A stretch of 64,000 nt of DNA, from NCBI GenBank assembly GCA_951813565.1, contig OX638351.1, positions 5,248,001-5,312,000 on the forward strand, written 5' to 3'. Source of the stretch: an uncultured Poribacteria bacterium (GTDB taxonomy: Bacteria; Poribacteria; WGA-4E; WGA-3G). The stretch's first letter is position 1. Every line of letters begins with the position of its first letter. The notes beneath the pieces are model-generated. The model was not told the origin of the DNA. It saw only the letters and a list, made by a program, of their open reading frames with translations, and did not search any database. Positions 49,087-59,249 of the stretch are shown here, piece after piece. The translations under genes were made by a program, and so were the position numbers.

Positions 49087-49937
49087 GTGAATACAGATAC
49101 ACCATCCAAGGAACGGAAGTTTAGCCTGACCCCGAAGAAGAATTATCTTGGGAAGAAAATGGATACTTTGTCCGCCACAACGTTTTCACCGAAGAAGAAA
49201 ATGACCTTTTAAGTCAAGTCGCTGATAGCATTGCTCTCAGAAAAACCCCCTTCCCAGACCATCGTATCTTTCAAAACGCATTAGTGAGAGATGGGAAAGT
49301 TGAAGCATCGGGTATCTACGCGATGCACAGTATCCATCAAATGAATCTCTATTCCCCTGAATTTCTTGAACGCACACGTGATCCGCGTCTAACCGATCCT
49401 GTTGTTGACATCCTCGGCCCAGATATCCTCGGTCTTAATAGCCTCTATATTTGGAAACCGCCAAAGATCGGTTTGGGTTTCCCGTGGCATCAAGATAGAT
49501 GGTATACTCGACCTCAGTTTAAAACCAAAACAACAGTCGGAACGTGGACTGCGATTGATGCAGCAGATAAAGAAAACGGGTGTCTATACGTTATCCCAGG
49601 TAGCCATAAAAAAGGAATCCTTGAGCATGTTGAACTTGAAGGTTCACAACAACAGGAGTTTAGACAGGCAGTCGGTGCAAAAGACGAGGATGGAGTCGCT
49701 GTTGAAATTCCACCGGGAAGTGTTATCTTTTTTGACAATAGAATACTCCATAGCAGCACGGATAACAACACTGAACGCTTTCGACGAAGTAACATCGCAC
49801 ATTACATCAGTGCAAAAGCGGAACGAGTTCCACATAAGAATTACATGCGTCCGCTTATGTGGGTTAGGGGAAAAATATACGAAACACTGTCTGAGGGCGT
49901 CTACTGTGACACTTTACCCGTTACAGAATCCGAATAG
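49087..49937 (+). pseudogene. Phytanoyl-CoA dioxygenase (PhyH) family, frameshift at C run 49130-49133
   Basis: The 5' part matches the paralog N-terminus (ERKFSLT|EEELSWEENGYFVR) across a 1-nt shift; WHQD, GSHK and LHSS motifs present. Could be a sequencing error. Confidence 0.75.
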
Positions 49938-49990
49938 AACAAGTAAGGTGAATGAATCATACAATATAGATTTTATCAATAGGAGAATAA

Positions 49991-50839
49991 GTGGACACAA
50001 ATACAACATCTGCGGAACGGAAGTTTAGATTGACTCCTGAAGAACGATCCGCTTGGGAGGAAAACGGATACTTTGTCCGTTACGACGTTTTCACCAAAGA
50101 AAAAAATGACATCTTAGCGCAAATCGCTGATGACATTGCCCTCGGAAAACGATCTTTCCCAGACTATCATATTTTTCAAAACGCTTTAGTCAGAGATGGT
50201 AAAATCGAAGCACATGGCATCCACGCAATGCATAATATCCAATATGTGAGTTGTAATTGTCCAGAATTCCTTGCGCGTACCCGAGATCCACGTCTAACCG
50301 ACCCCGCTGTTGACATACTCGGTCCAGATCTCCTCGGTCTCAATAATCTCTATATTTGGAAACCGCCAAAAATTGGTTTAGGTTTCCCGTGGCATCAAGA
50401 TAAATGGTACTTTAACCATCAGTATAAAACCGGAACGACTGTCGCAACATGGACAGCAATTGATGATGCAGATAAAGAAAACGGGTGTCTATACGTTATC
50501 CCCGGAAGCCATAAGCATGGCGTTCGTGAACATAAGGCGCTTGAAGGTTCACAACAAGGAGAGTTTAAACAGGCAGAAGGAGCTCGCGATGAAGATGGTG
50601 TCGCGGTAGAAATCCCTGCTGGCGCGGTCATCTGGTTCAATAGTCAAGTCCTTCATAAAAGCACGGATAACCACAGTAATCGTTTCCGACGTGCTAACAT
50701 AGCACATTATATCAGTGCCAAAGCAGAATGGACGCGTCCTGAGGCTATAAATAAAAAACGACCTCCCATGTGGATTCGTGGTGAAACCTATGCTGGTATG
50801 GCAGATGAAGTTCAACATGACGTTATACCAATTCTATAA
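49991..50839 (+). CDS. Phytanoyl-CoA dioxygenase (PhyH) family
   Basis: PWHQD, NGCLYVIPGSHK, LHKS, RR; AGGAG RBS. Confidence 0.92.
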   Translation: MDTNTTSAERKFRLTPEERSAWEENGYFVRYDVFTKEKNDILAQIADDIALGKRSFPDYHIFQNALVRDGKIEAHGIHAMHNIQYVSCNCPEFLARTRDPRLTDPAVDILGPDLLGLNNLYIWKPPKIGLGFPWHQDKWYFNHQYKTGTTVATWTAIDDADKENGCLYVIPGSHKHGVREHKALEGSQQGEFKQAEGARDEDGVAVEIPAGAVIWFNSQVLHKSTDNHSNRFRRANIAHYISAKAEWTRPEAINKKRPPMWIRGETYAGMADEVQHDVIPIL

Positions 50840-50870
50840 TCCGATTGACTACTAACGAAAGGACACTATC

Positions 50871-51917
50871 ATGAAACTACGACTTACTATCATCTATATC
50901 TTGCTTCTTTTCCTGCTGCCATCTTCAGAAGCAAACGTTCCTTCCCGATATGCGAAGCAATCCGTTGAATGGTTCCAGAGTGAGGAAGGTCGCCGTATTG
51001 CCGACAACGTCCTCACTTGGCAGACCCTGGTCGGGGGTTGGCCCAAGATTAGAGATACGGCATCTGAGCCGTTTGATGGTAAAATTGAGGATCTGCACGC
51101 AACGTTTGACAACGGTGCGACCATTGACGAACTACGGTTTCTTGCTCGTGCGTTTCGTGCGACAAACGAGCCGCGCTACCAACAAGCATTTCTCAAAGGT
51201 CTTTCTCATATCCTTGAAGCGCAATACCCGAATGGCGGGTGGCCACAGTTTTATCCGCTAAGCAAAGGCTACCGTCGTCACATCACGTTCAATGACAATG
51301 TTATGTCCCGCATTCTCGAACTCCTCCGAGATGTCTCTGAATCTTCCGACTATCGGTTCCTGAAAACGGAAGACCGCACGAAGGTTGAAGCTGCCTTAAC
51401 CAAGGGCATTGACTGCATCCTGCGCACGCAAATCAAGCAGAATGGCAAACTCACAGCCTGGTGTGCGCAGCATGACGAGAAAACGCTTGAGCCTACGTGG
51501 GCCCGTTCTTATGAGCCACCGTCGCTCTCTGGTGCCGAAAGTGCCCGTGTCGTGCGATTTCTGATGTCACTCGAAGAACCCACCCCAGAGATTATCGCCG
51601 CTGTCGAAGGATCCGTTGAGTGGTTCAGGAACGTCACTATCCACGGCATGCGTTTTGACGAGTTCACCGATGCAGAGGGGCAGGAGGATACACGGATCGT
51701 AACGGACCCCGACGCGGGACCGCTCTGGGCGCGTTTCTACGAACTCGGCAGCAACCGTCCAATCTTTCTCGACCGCGACTCGGTGGTCCGCTACTCGTTA
51801 TCCGAAATCGGACAGGAACGCCGCGGTGGATACGACTACTACGGGAGCTGGGCCGCCAGGCTCCTTGCAGATGAGTACCCACGGTGGAGAGAGAAGCATA
51901 AGTTTCCAAAGGAATGA
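50871..51917 (+). CDS. Pectate lyase, PL10 (PelA/Pel-15E)
   Basis: GGWPK, TFDNGAT, AQYPNGGWPQFYP, ITFND, WCAQHD, ARSYE, WARFYE, ERRGGY. Confidence 0.92.
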   Translation: MKLRLTIIYILLLFLLPSSEANVPSRYAKQSVEWFQSEEGRRIADNVLTWQTLVGGWPKIRDTASEPFDGKIEDLHATFDNGATIDELRFLARAFRATNEPRYQQAFLKGLSHILEAQYPNGGWPQFYPLSKGYRRHITFNDNVMSRILELLRDVSESSDYRFLKTEDRTKVEAALTKGIDCILRTQIKQNGKLTAWCAQHDEKTLEPTWARSYEPPSLSGAESARVVRFLMSLEEPTPEIIAAVEGSVEWFRNVTIHGMRFDEFTDAEGQEDTRIVTDPDAGPLWARFYELGSNRPIFLDRDSVVRYSLSEIGQERRGGYDYYGSWAARLLADEYPRWREKHKFPKE

Positions 51918-52160
51918 CCGATTGTCATGCCTTTTGGGTTCGTCGTGCGGTGTATGGTGTCCGTGGTGTTAATGACACCTTTTCTGAGAAACATGAAAAA
52001 CAGATGGTTGTCAGTTTCTGATAAGTTGCTTCTCAAGAAATAGTCCATTATTGAAGCATCAATGATTAGTTGAAAATATCTCTCAGATCGAACATACTCG
52101 ACCCCGAAGTGTCTGGGACTCAGAATAGTATGTCCTAATGAACAGGACCATATAAATTTA

Positions 52161-54549
52161 CGCAATAAGTAGTTTTGGACTTGCAACAAAATTTTAAAAA
52201 TCGCTCTAAATCCTTGTGTAGACTACATTTTTCGCTTGTTTTAATTGTGAAAATATGATACAATTTAGATAAGAAATTAGAGGGCTGTTAACCCCCTAAT
52301 TGAACACAAAAAAGCGAGTTGCTTTTCTGGCATTCTGTCTTATCTAGTTATTGTATCAGAAACCTGTCAGAAAAAGCAACTCCTAAAAAGGAGTTTTCTG
52401 ATGGATTTGTTGAAAGTGATGGAACGATTCCCTGATCAAGAGAGTTGTATTGAACATTTAGAGAGTGAACTCATAGCGAGTACGCGCTAAGAATCGTTGA
52501 AAGTCACTCGAAAGTTTATCATTGAATATGCTAAATAGCGAAAACCTAAACGGGTTTCTTTAAGTTTATCGTAGCTAAGGGCGAGTTTCCGATAAGTCCC
52601 TTGCCAACCGAACGTGCGTTCTACTTTAAATCTCTCTTTGTAGATATCTTTCTTAAACCAACGGAACTTGCGAGCAATAACGATAGGTTCTTTAGTATTC
52701 CGTTTGTTCGGATAGATCACTGGGATCAGACCTTGTTCTTTGATAATCTTGTGATTCACCTTGGAATCAAAACCAGAATCCAGCGTTAGAGCGGAACTCT
52801 CAAGTTCCAGTCCAATGCGATTGCTGAAGGAGATGAATTCAGCCAATGCCTCGGGCAAAATCGTTGTCTCATGTTGGTTAACCGGTTTGGTGGTTATCGG
52901 ACTAACGATGAACCCGTGATTGTCGGTGATGGTCAACTCTTTTTCACCTTTCTGATGTTTGTGTCCCGAATAACCGATGCCATCGCCCCTTTTTTTACGA
53001 CGGTATTTGACCCATCTCCATGAAGTTGAGAGGTGTCAAGTTGATCGGTATCAAGCAGATGTATCACTGATGCTTCAAAAAGTTTTTGATAAGAACCATC
53101 TTTTGACCATCTATTATGCCATTTATAGACATTAGACCAATGGAGTTCATTCCGCCGGGTGCGGAGCCGCTCCCATTGAATGCCAGTATGCAAAACATAA
53201 AGGATATAATTAAATATCTTATACGAAGATATTTTAGGTTTCGGTCCTTTATGCCTTTTAGACAAAAAGGGTTTAATATACCGGTTAAAATCCCTAAGCG
53301 AAACCTGTTTCGGAAGACAATTGGAATTCAGTTGTTTTTCAGTTGTGTCAGCCATAAGAGAACCTCTCAAAAAAATAGGACTTACATTATTAACTTATAT
53401 ACCTTTATTTTACTATATTTATAGGTTTTACTCAATATGACTTCAGTATTCGGTGGAAGGGTAAACCGAAGTGTCCACATTGTGATTGCCCAAACGCTGC
53501 AAGACGAACAGAAACGGAATTGGGACGCATCGGACGCTTGCAATGCCACGATTGCACTGCTACTTTCAAGGTTACTTGTGGCACGGTGTTTCACGGGACA
53601 AAGATAGCACTTCAGAAGTGGTTTTTGGCTATCTCGTTGATGATGAATGCTAAAAAGAGCCTTTCAAGTCATCAGTTGGCAAGAGATTTGGACTTGGATC
53701 AAAAGACTGCGTGGCGTATGGGAACATGTATCCGTGCTGAAATGGCTAAAGATAATATCCTCTTACAAGGTATCATAGAGGCTGACGAAACTTATGTCGG
53801 GGGTAAACCTCGCAAAGCGAACAAAAAAGAGGACAGGGATCCTGCTAAGCGTGGGCGTGGCACTGATAAAGATGCTATCATCGGAGCGATTGAACGCGGT
53901 GGGAAAGTTGTGGCAAGACTCGCAAAAGATTTGACGGGACGGACTATCTTAAATTTTATTCGCGAAGTTGTTAAAGTAGATAAATCGCAGTTGATGACTG
54001 ATGAGTATAAGGCTTATCTCACACTCGGTAAAGAGATGAAGCACCATATCATTGATCATCAAGAACAATTTGTTGACGGTGATGTCCATACCAATATTAT
54101 TGAAGGCTTCTGGTCACTTCTCAAACGTGCTTGGTATGGAAGTCATCACCACTATTGGACTGAATACACACCCCTATATGTCGCAGAGGCGTGCTATAAA
54201 TACAACTATAGGAGCATTGAGAGCATTTTTGATAAGTTTGTCAATGAGAGTATGAGATGAAGACTCACTCAACGATGGCAGAAGAACTTAAAGAATAAGG
54301 TCTTGACAAGCTGGACCACACTAATATCACAACGGCAAAACGATTAGAAGAATTGTCTGCCGTTGCAAAGTATCTATCAAGCGCGCTTAACTTTTATACC
54401 GATGTGAGTTGGAGGGGCAGAAGTTCTCACAGATTAGAGTTAGAAATTAGTCTTCGCCGTTTAGTGCTTTTCCGAATTCTCATACCCTATTAAGTATAAA
54501 TTTCCATAACGCTTAAGGGCTTTTTGCAAGTCCAAAACTACTTATTGCG
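52161..54549 (+). mobile_element. IS1595-family IS, copy 2, transposase interrupted by IS5
   Basis: Same TIRs as 36612 in opposite orientation. The transposase is split at ...GAGAGT|ATTCGG (pieces 52400-52466 and 53445-54260). Flanks do not match. Confidence 0.92.
52467..53444 (-). mobile_element. IS5-family IS (978 bp) with two overlapping ORFs (52933-53370, 52487-~52990)
   Basis: Imperfect 16-bp TIR GAACTCATAGCGAGTA / TACTCAATATGACTTC; 3-bp TSD AGT; LYVLHTGIQW, WSKDG, LDSGFDS, RFKVERTFGW; A7G4 slippery site at ~52987-52997. Confidence 0.88.
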
Positions 54550-54580
54550 AAAACTTTACACACCAGATAAATGTTTCCAT

Positions 54581-54609
54581 TTGACAATTCCACCATTATA
54601 TATTAAAAT
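54581..54609 (+). promoter_or_regulatory. sigma70-type promoter of argJ
   Basis: TTGACA-17 bp-TAAAAT. Confidence 0.6.
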
Positions 54610-54639
54610 TCCTGCTACACAATTCGTAAGGAGAGATTC

Positions 54640-55845
54640 ATGAAACAGATAGATGGTGGGATTACTGCTGTCCCAGGTATTCAAGCTGCAGGTGTTCACG
54701 CTGGCATAAAAAAAACAGAATTCAAAGATTTGGCTCTTATCGTCACCGATGTACCTGCAACTGCTGCAGGTGTTTTCACAAAAAACAGCGTTACCGCTGC
54801 CCCTGTCTTGGTATGTCGTCAAAATCTCAGCAATCCAACAGCACAAGCAATTATAATCAATAGTGGAAATGCCAATGCATGTACTGGTGAACTTGGGATG
54901 ACGAACGCGCAACGCATGGTGAACACAACGGCGGAACAACTCGGCATAGATCAAAATCTCGTGCTTGTCTCTTCTACAGGTGTTATTGGACAGCAGTTAC
55001 CGATGGATAAAATTGAGGACGGAATTCAGATCGCTGTTAATGCACTTAGTGATGGTGGCGGAGGCGATGCCGCTGAAGCCATTATGACCACTGATACACA
55101 CCCGAAATCTGCTGCTCTTGAAATAGAAATTAATGGAAAACCTGTAAGAATTGGTGGGATTGCCAAAGGCTCAGGGATGATTGCCCCGAATATGGCGACT
55201 ATGCTTTCTTACCTGACTACAGATGTTAACATCAACAGCGATACACTCCAGTCTGCTTTAACCGATGTTGTAGATAACACTTATAATCTTTTAACCGTTG
55301 ACACTGACCGAAGCACGAACGACACTGTGATAATTCTCGCAACAGGTGGTGCAAAAAATACCGAGATAGTTGATGCCAAAGGTAAAGATTTTGAAGTCTT
55401 TTGTGATGGATTGCAATTTGTCTGCACTGAATTAATAAAAATGCTGGCACGCGATGGTGAAGGGGCAACTAAACTTGTTGAAGTTGTTGTAAAAAGCGCT
55501 AAAAACCGGAGTGATGCGGAAAAAGCCGCCCGTGCTGTTGCGGAATCTCCACTCGTCAAAACTGCCGTTTTTGCTAACGATGCCAACTGGGGACGAATTA
55601 TGATGGCGATCGGTAAATCAGGCGCGGAATTTGATCCCTATCAGGTAGACGTGCTGCTTGGAGACTATCTCCTTGTCAAAAACGGAATGGATGCTGGCTA
55701 CGACGAGGAAAAAGCCACTCAATTGTTTGACAATGATCCCGTTCGAATTACCATTGACCTACGCGCTGGCAATACTGAGATAACGATGTGGACATGCGAT
55801 TATTCTTATGATTATATCCGAATTAATGCCGATTATCGGACGTAA
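54640..55845 (+). CDS. argJ: Glutamate N-acetyltransferase/ornithine acetyltransferase
   Basis: [51 protein letters not shown]. Confidence 0.97.
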   Translation: MKQIDGGITAVPGIQAAGVHAGIKKTEFKDLALIVTDVPATAAGVFTKNSVTAAPVLVCRQNLSNPTAQAIIINSGNANACTGELGMTNAQRMVNTTAEQLGIDQNLVLVSSTGVIGQQLPMDKIEDGIQIAVNALSDGGGGDAAEAIMTTDTHPKSAALEIEINGKPVRIGGIAKGSGMIAPNMATMLSYLTTDVNINSDTLQSALTDVVDNTYNLLTVDTDRSTNDTVIILATGGAKNTEIVDAKGKDFEVFCDGLQFVCTELIKMLARDGEGATKLVEVVVKSAKNRSDAEKAARAVAESPLVKTAVFANDANWGRIMMAIGKSGAEFDPYQVDVLLGDYLLVKNGMDAGYDEEKATQLFDNDPVRITIDLRAGNTEITMWTCDYSYDYIRINADYRT

Positions 55846-56002
55846 GCAAATTTCAGCTGCGTGTAATCTGAAAAATTAATCATCTCTTATAGGTTCAGTT
55901 TGAAACCGCGCCTACCGCACTGACTTAATAATTATTGGCTTGCAATAAATGTCAAAATTCCTTGAAATTTAAACTAATTCAATACACTCAAAAGGAACTG
56001 AT

Positions 56003-56296
56003 CAGCAACATTCAATTCTCCAATAATTTCTGCCTTCCATCCAAAGTTTCTTCTTGTAGGAGCGACCCGACAAATACCAAACGCTTATTTAGCGTTGATT
56101 CGGTGATCGCGACCGTCGCAAAATGTTATAGTTAAAATCAAAAATATATTTACATTTTCTGAAGGTTAGCGGTATTTGTAGTCGCGCAATTCATTGCGCC
56201 TCTTAAATTTATCGTGTGTTTGAAATCCACATAAGAATAAAACGTAAAAATAATTATGGGTTTTACTATAAGAAACTCGAAAACTGAATGGCTTGG
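56003..56296. mobile_element. MITE of the 8917 family with a nested TATAGT-family MITE (~56126-56270) and an AATCAACGC module (56069-56101)
   Basis: Colinear with 8917-9039 once the two inserts are removed. Confidence 0.75.
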
Positions 56297-56469
56297 AAAC
56301 AGCAATGTAAAAATTTTTACAATTAGTTGATACGGTAATAAATGGCACGAAATTTGCTTAACATAGTTAAAGTGTAAAAGGGAATAGAATAGAGTTGTGT
56401 TGATACAATAGGCATTATAGGGTTTTACAGAAGGATTTAGAGATAAAATAGTAAAAAGGTGTATAGAAA

Positions 56470-57369
56470 ATGAACACAGTTGTCCAAATTGTGAACAAAT
56501 TCTTATATTTCGCAAAAAGAAGTCAACAGCCGAGTTCGCATAAAGGTTTTGGTATTGGAAAACTTTTTTCCAGTAGTTTCTTACCGAATACGTCTTTTAT
56601 GTTGTCAGTCTGTTTGCATCTAATAGGTATATCAATTATCGGTCTATCTTCCGTTAGAACGACAGATAGTAACAGCAACGCTATGCAAATTGATGTTTTT
56701 TCTATGTCTACTCCGAAACCTATTGCTATACTCCCTACCACTAAAAAACATATACCGAAATTAGTTGTCCCACAACCTATTCGTTTACATCGTCAACAAC
56801 TTCAGACGGTACGTCCGATTACGCCTGTGATAACGACAGAAACCTCTGAGGTCACGACATTGGCCCAAACCCCGACACTAACAGCAAATTTCACCCTGAA
56901 TGCGCCACAAAACTCTTTATCTGATGTTGAACCCCCTGTCACAGTGTCAGTTGGAACGAAGCCAGTTTTTACTTCATCTGTTAACGTTGCCCCGCAACGG
57001 GTTGAACGGAACTCGGATTTGTCAGTAGTAGGTTCAGACAGCTTACAGATAGATGCTCTTCCATTAAACATGCCGACTATCAATGAACCAACCCAAAACG
57101 CTACCTTCCTCAAAAAAGTTGATCCTGTATATCCTGAATCTGCCCGATCTACTCACCAAGAGGGATTAGTCGTTCTTGAAGCCACTATAGGCATAGATGG
57201 AAAAGCACAGAACATACGGATTATTGAAGTTACAAGAATTAGTGGTCTTGGTTGTGAAGAAGCAGCGATTCAGGCACTCAAATCCTCGTTATTCACACCT
57301 GCGATGCAAGGCAAAGTAGCCGTTACGCAACGTCTTCGCATTCCATATCGCTTTAGTTTGAAAAGTTAA
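56470..57369 (+). CDS. TonB-family protein
   Basis: SVCLH TM segment, Pro/Thr-rich linker, PVYPESAR...EGLVVL...FTPA...PYRF C-terminal domain. Confidence 0.85.
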   Translation: MNTVVQIVNKFLYFAKRSQQPSSHKGFGIGKLFSSSFLPNTSFMLSVCLHLIGISIIGLSSVRTTDSNSNAMQIDVFSMSTPKPIAILPTTKKHIPKLVVPQPIRLHRQQLQTVRPITPVITTETSEVTTLAQTPTLTANFTLNAPQNSLSDVEPPVTVSVGTKPVFTSSVNVAPQRVERNSDLSVVGSDSLQIDALPLNMPTINEPTQNATFLKKVDPVYPESARSTHQEGLVVLEATIGIDGKAQNIRIIEVTRISGLGCEEAAIQALKSSLFTPAMQGKVAVTQRLRIPYRFSLKS

Positions 57370-57454
57370 ACTCTTAGCTCGTACTCGCTATGAGTTTAAT
57401 GATAAACTATCGAGTTACTTTCAACGATTCTTAGATGTTACTCGCTATGAGTTC
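57370..57454. mobile_element. Two tandem remnants of the IS5 element end
   Basis: CTTAG...TACTCGCTATGAGTT(T/C) occurs twice; the second copy, with its upstream sequence, aligns to the reverse complement of ~52467-52523. Confidence 0.7.
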
Positions 57455-57673
57455 ATCATATAATGAATCAACCAAACCACCCTCAACACGGGGCACCGGC
57501 CATTCAACACCCAACTATCGTTGTGCCTATGCCTCCAGTTACAGTGCAAAGTTGCAGTGGACAGACTTCAAGTTAGCAACTTTGAGAATTCTATTCGTCC
57601 CAATACATATTGCTTCAAGTTGCATTAAAGTGCGACATGTATGTATTGGGACCTTACAATAAGGAGATTCCTA

Positions 57674-58315
57674 ATGAAAAAGCTCATTCTCACCGTCATT
57701 CTTTTGATCGTTTTGGGCACCAGTTGGGTTTTGTTCCGAGAAAACAGAAATGAGCCGGTTGGAAACATTTCCCCAAAAGTTCCTGCATCTGTACCATTAG
57801 ATACTAACAACACCAACTCGACTTCAGAAGTTCACATTGAGGTACCGCCAGAGGCTCAAACGGTTGATGCAAATAAAACTGTAAATGTTTCAGGTGTAGA
57901 TGACATTGTTCCGGAAAAAAATATCGACACGGAGGATGTTCTCACGGATAAGAATTACGATTGGAGAGACGACGCGGCTAATACACCTGCGTCTGTTAAG
58001 AAGCAGGATCCGTGGAGCCTGAAAAAAGGACCCATAGGGTCTACATATAACGCTGATCTTAATGCGCTCATCAAACAGTTCGGAGATACGCTAGAAGTTA
58101 GGGCCGCGTATGCGTACTTGAAAAAGATTGTGAGAGGGAAAGAAAGGACAATTGAGGAAGAGATCTCCGGGCTAGAAGCTTTGAAAGCTCTCTATCCTGA
58201 ATTACACACTCAGGAACAGGAATCGTTTTTACAACTTCTAAAGAAAACACATGCAGTTGAGGGAACGCTAACCCCCATATCAGAGGCGGAATATAAAGAA
58301 CTACTAAATAGATGA
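57674..58315 (+). CDS. Hypothetical membrane-anchored protein (paralog of 41235)
   Basis: AAGGAG RBS; TM, linker, DPW, FGDTLEV...GLEALKALYP. Confidence 0.7.
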   Translation: MKKLILTVILLIVLGTSWVLFRENRNEPVGNISPKVPASVPLDTNNTNSTSEVHIEVPPEAQTVDANKTVNVSGVDDIVPEKNIDTEDVLTDKNYDWRDDAANTPASVKKQDPWSLKKGPIGSTYNADLNALIKQFGDTLEVRAAYAYLKKIVRGKERTIEEEISGLEALKALYPELHTQEQESFLQLLKKTHAVEGTLTPISEAEYKELLNR

Positions 58316-58435
58316 GATGAAAGTTTGTATATTGACACATGGGTATCCACGTTTTTCTGATGACATAACTGCCCCTTTTGATTGAATCCATTGCCGAAAC
58401 CCTTCAGCAACATGAGGGTGCTGATGTAACGGTAC

Positions 58436-58690
58436 TAATACCATTTCTATAAAATAACATACCTTTTAAGAAATAGCTGGTTCGTAGTCGCGCAATTTAT
58501 TGCCAAATCAACGCAGCATGCGCTTGTGGCATGCTGCGCCTCGGACATTCTAATTCGAAAGGGAAATTCATTTATAGAATTGGTATAATACCAAATTCAT
58601 TTGATTCATTGTCTTCACATACCGCTCCGCTGGAGCGGAAGACGGAAAAAGCACTAAAAAAACAAGAAGAATCACGTTAATTTGGTATTA
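58436..58690. mobile_element. Two adjacent MITEs with TACCA-type ends; the first carries a REP with a 34-bp insert (58504-58537)
   Basis: TACCATTTCTATAAA/TTTATAGAATTGGTA and TACCAAATT/AATTTGGTA ends; CCGCTCCGCTGGAGCGG hairpin in the second. Confidence 0.65.
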
Positions 58691-58998
58691 GACGCACTTG
58701 ATAACGGAAACTATGATGTCGTTTCTGGGTGGAAGTTCCCCCGTAAGGACCCATTCGAAAAGCGCGCTTTCTCTTTCATTTTCAACAGCGTTACCGCTTG
58801 GCTCACCGGTGTGAAACTCCATGACATGAATTGCGGGTTCAAGGTATATCGGGCTGAAGTCGCAAAAGAACTTCACCTCTACGGAGACCTGCATCGGTAT
58901 ATCCCTATATTGGCATACCAAATAGGCTACCGTGTTGGGGAGATCAAAGTGAAACATCATCCACGCCGTTTTGGTGTTTCTAAGTACGGATTGCATTT
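58690..58998 (+). pseudogene. Internal fragment of an ArnC/DPM1-like GT2 glycosyltransferase
   Basis: YDVVSGWK..RKDP, LHDMNCGFKVYR, LYGDLHRYIP, HHPRRFGVSKYG; both termini are missing and replaced by MITEs. Confidence 0.8.
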
Positions 58999-59111
58999 TA
59001 TAGTAAAATCCGAAAATACGTTCACATTTCAATAAACAACAATCCCTACACACTTGCGCTGGAGAGGTTTCCTAACCTTGCCAATGTCCAGGTAATTGTG
59101 GATTTTACTAT
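58999..59111. mobile_element. MITE, TATAGTAAAATCC family
   Basis: TIR TATAGTAAAATCC/GGATTTTACTATA. Confidence 0.75.
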
Positions 59112-59249
59112 AACACATACTCCCTTAAACTTTGCCATCAATGTAATGTGGCAGCCTCCTCTTATTCTTCGTTCATTCAAATATCACTTGCCTTCTAAAC
59201 GGATTCATCCTATACTCTTTTATATCTTCATTCATTAGGAGAATAATCT

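Noticed and set aside
36612..54549. Inversion between the oppositely oriented IS1595 copies
   Set aside because: Copy 1 retains matching TSDs on both sides; an inversion would have swapped flanks.
57480..57640. Possible ncRNA or operator array (recurring AAGTTGCA-like motifs)
   Set aside because: The motifs are short and irregularly spaced, and I could not support a structure or family.
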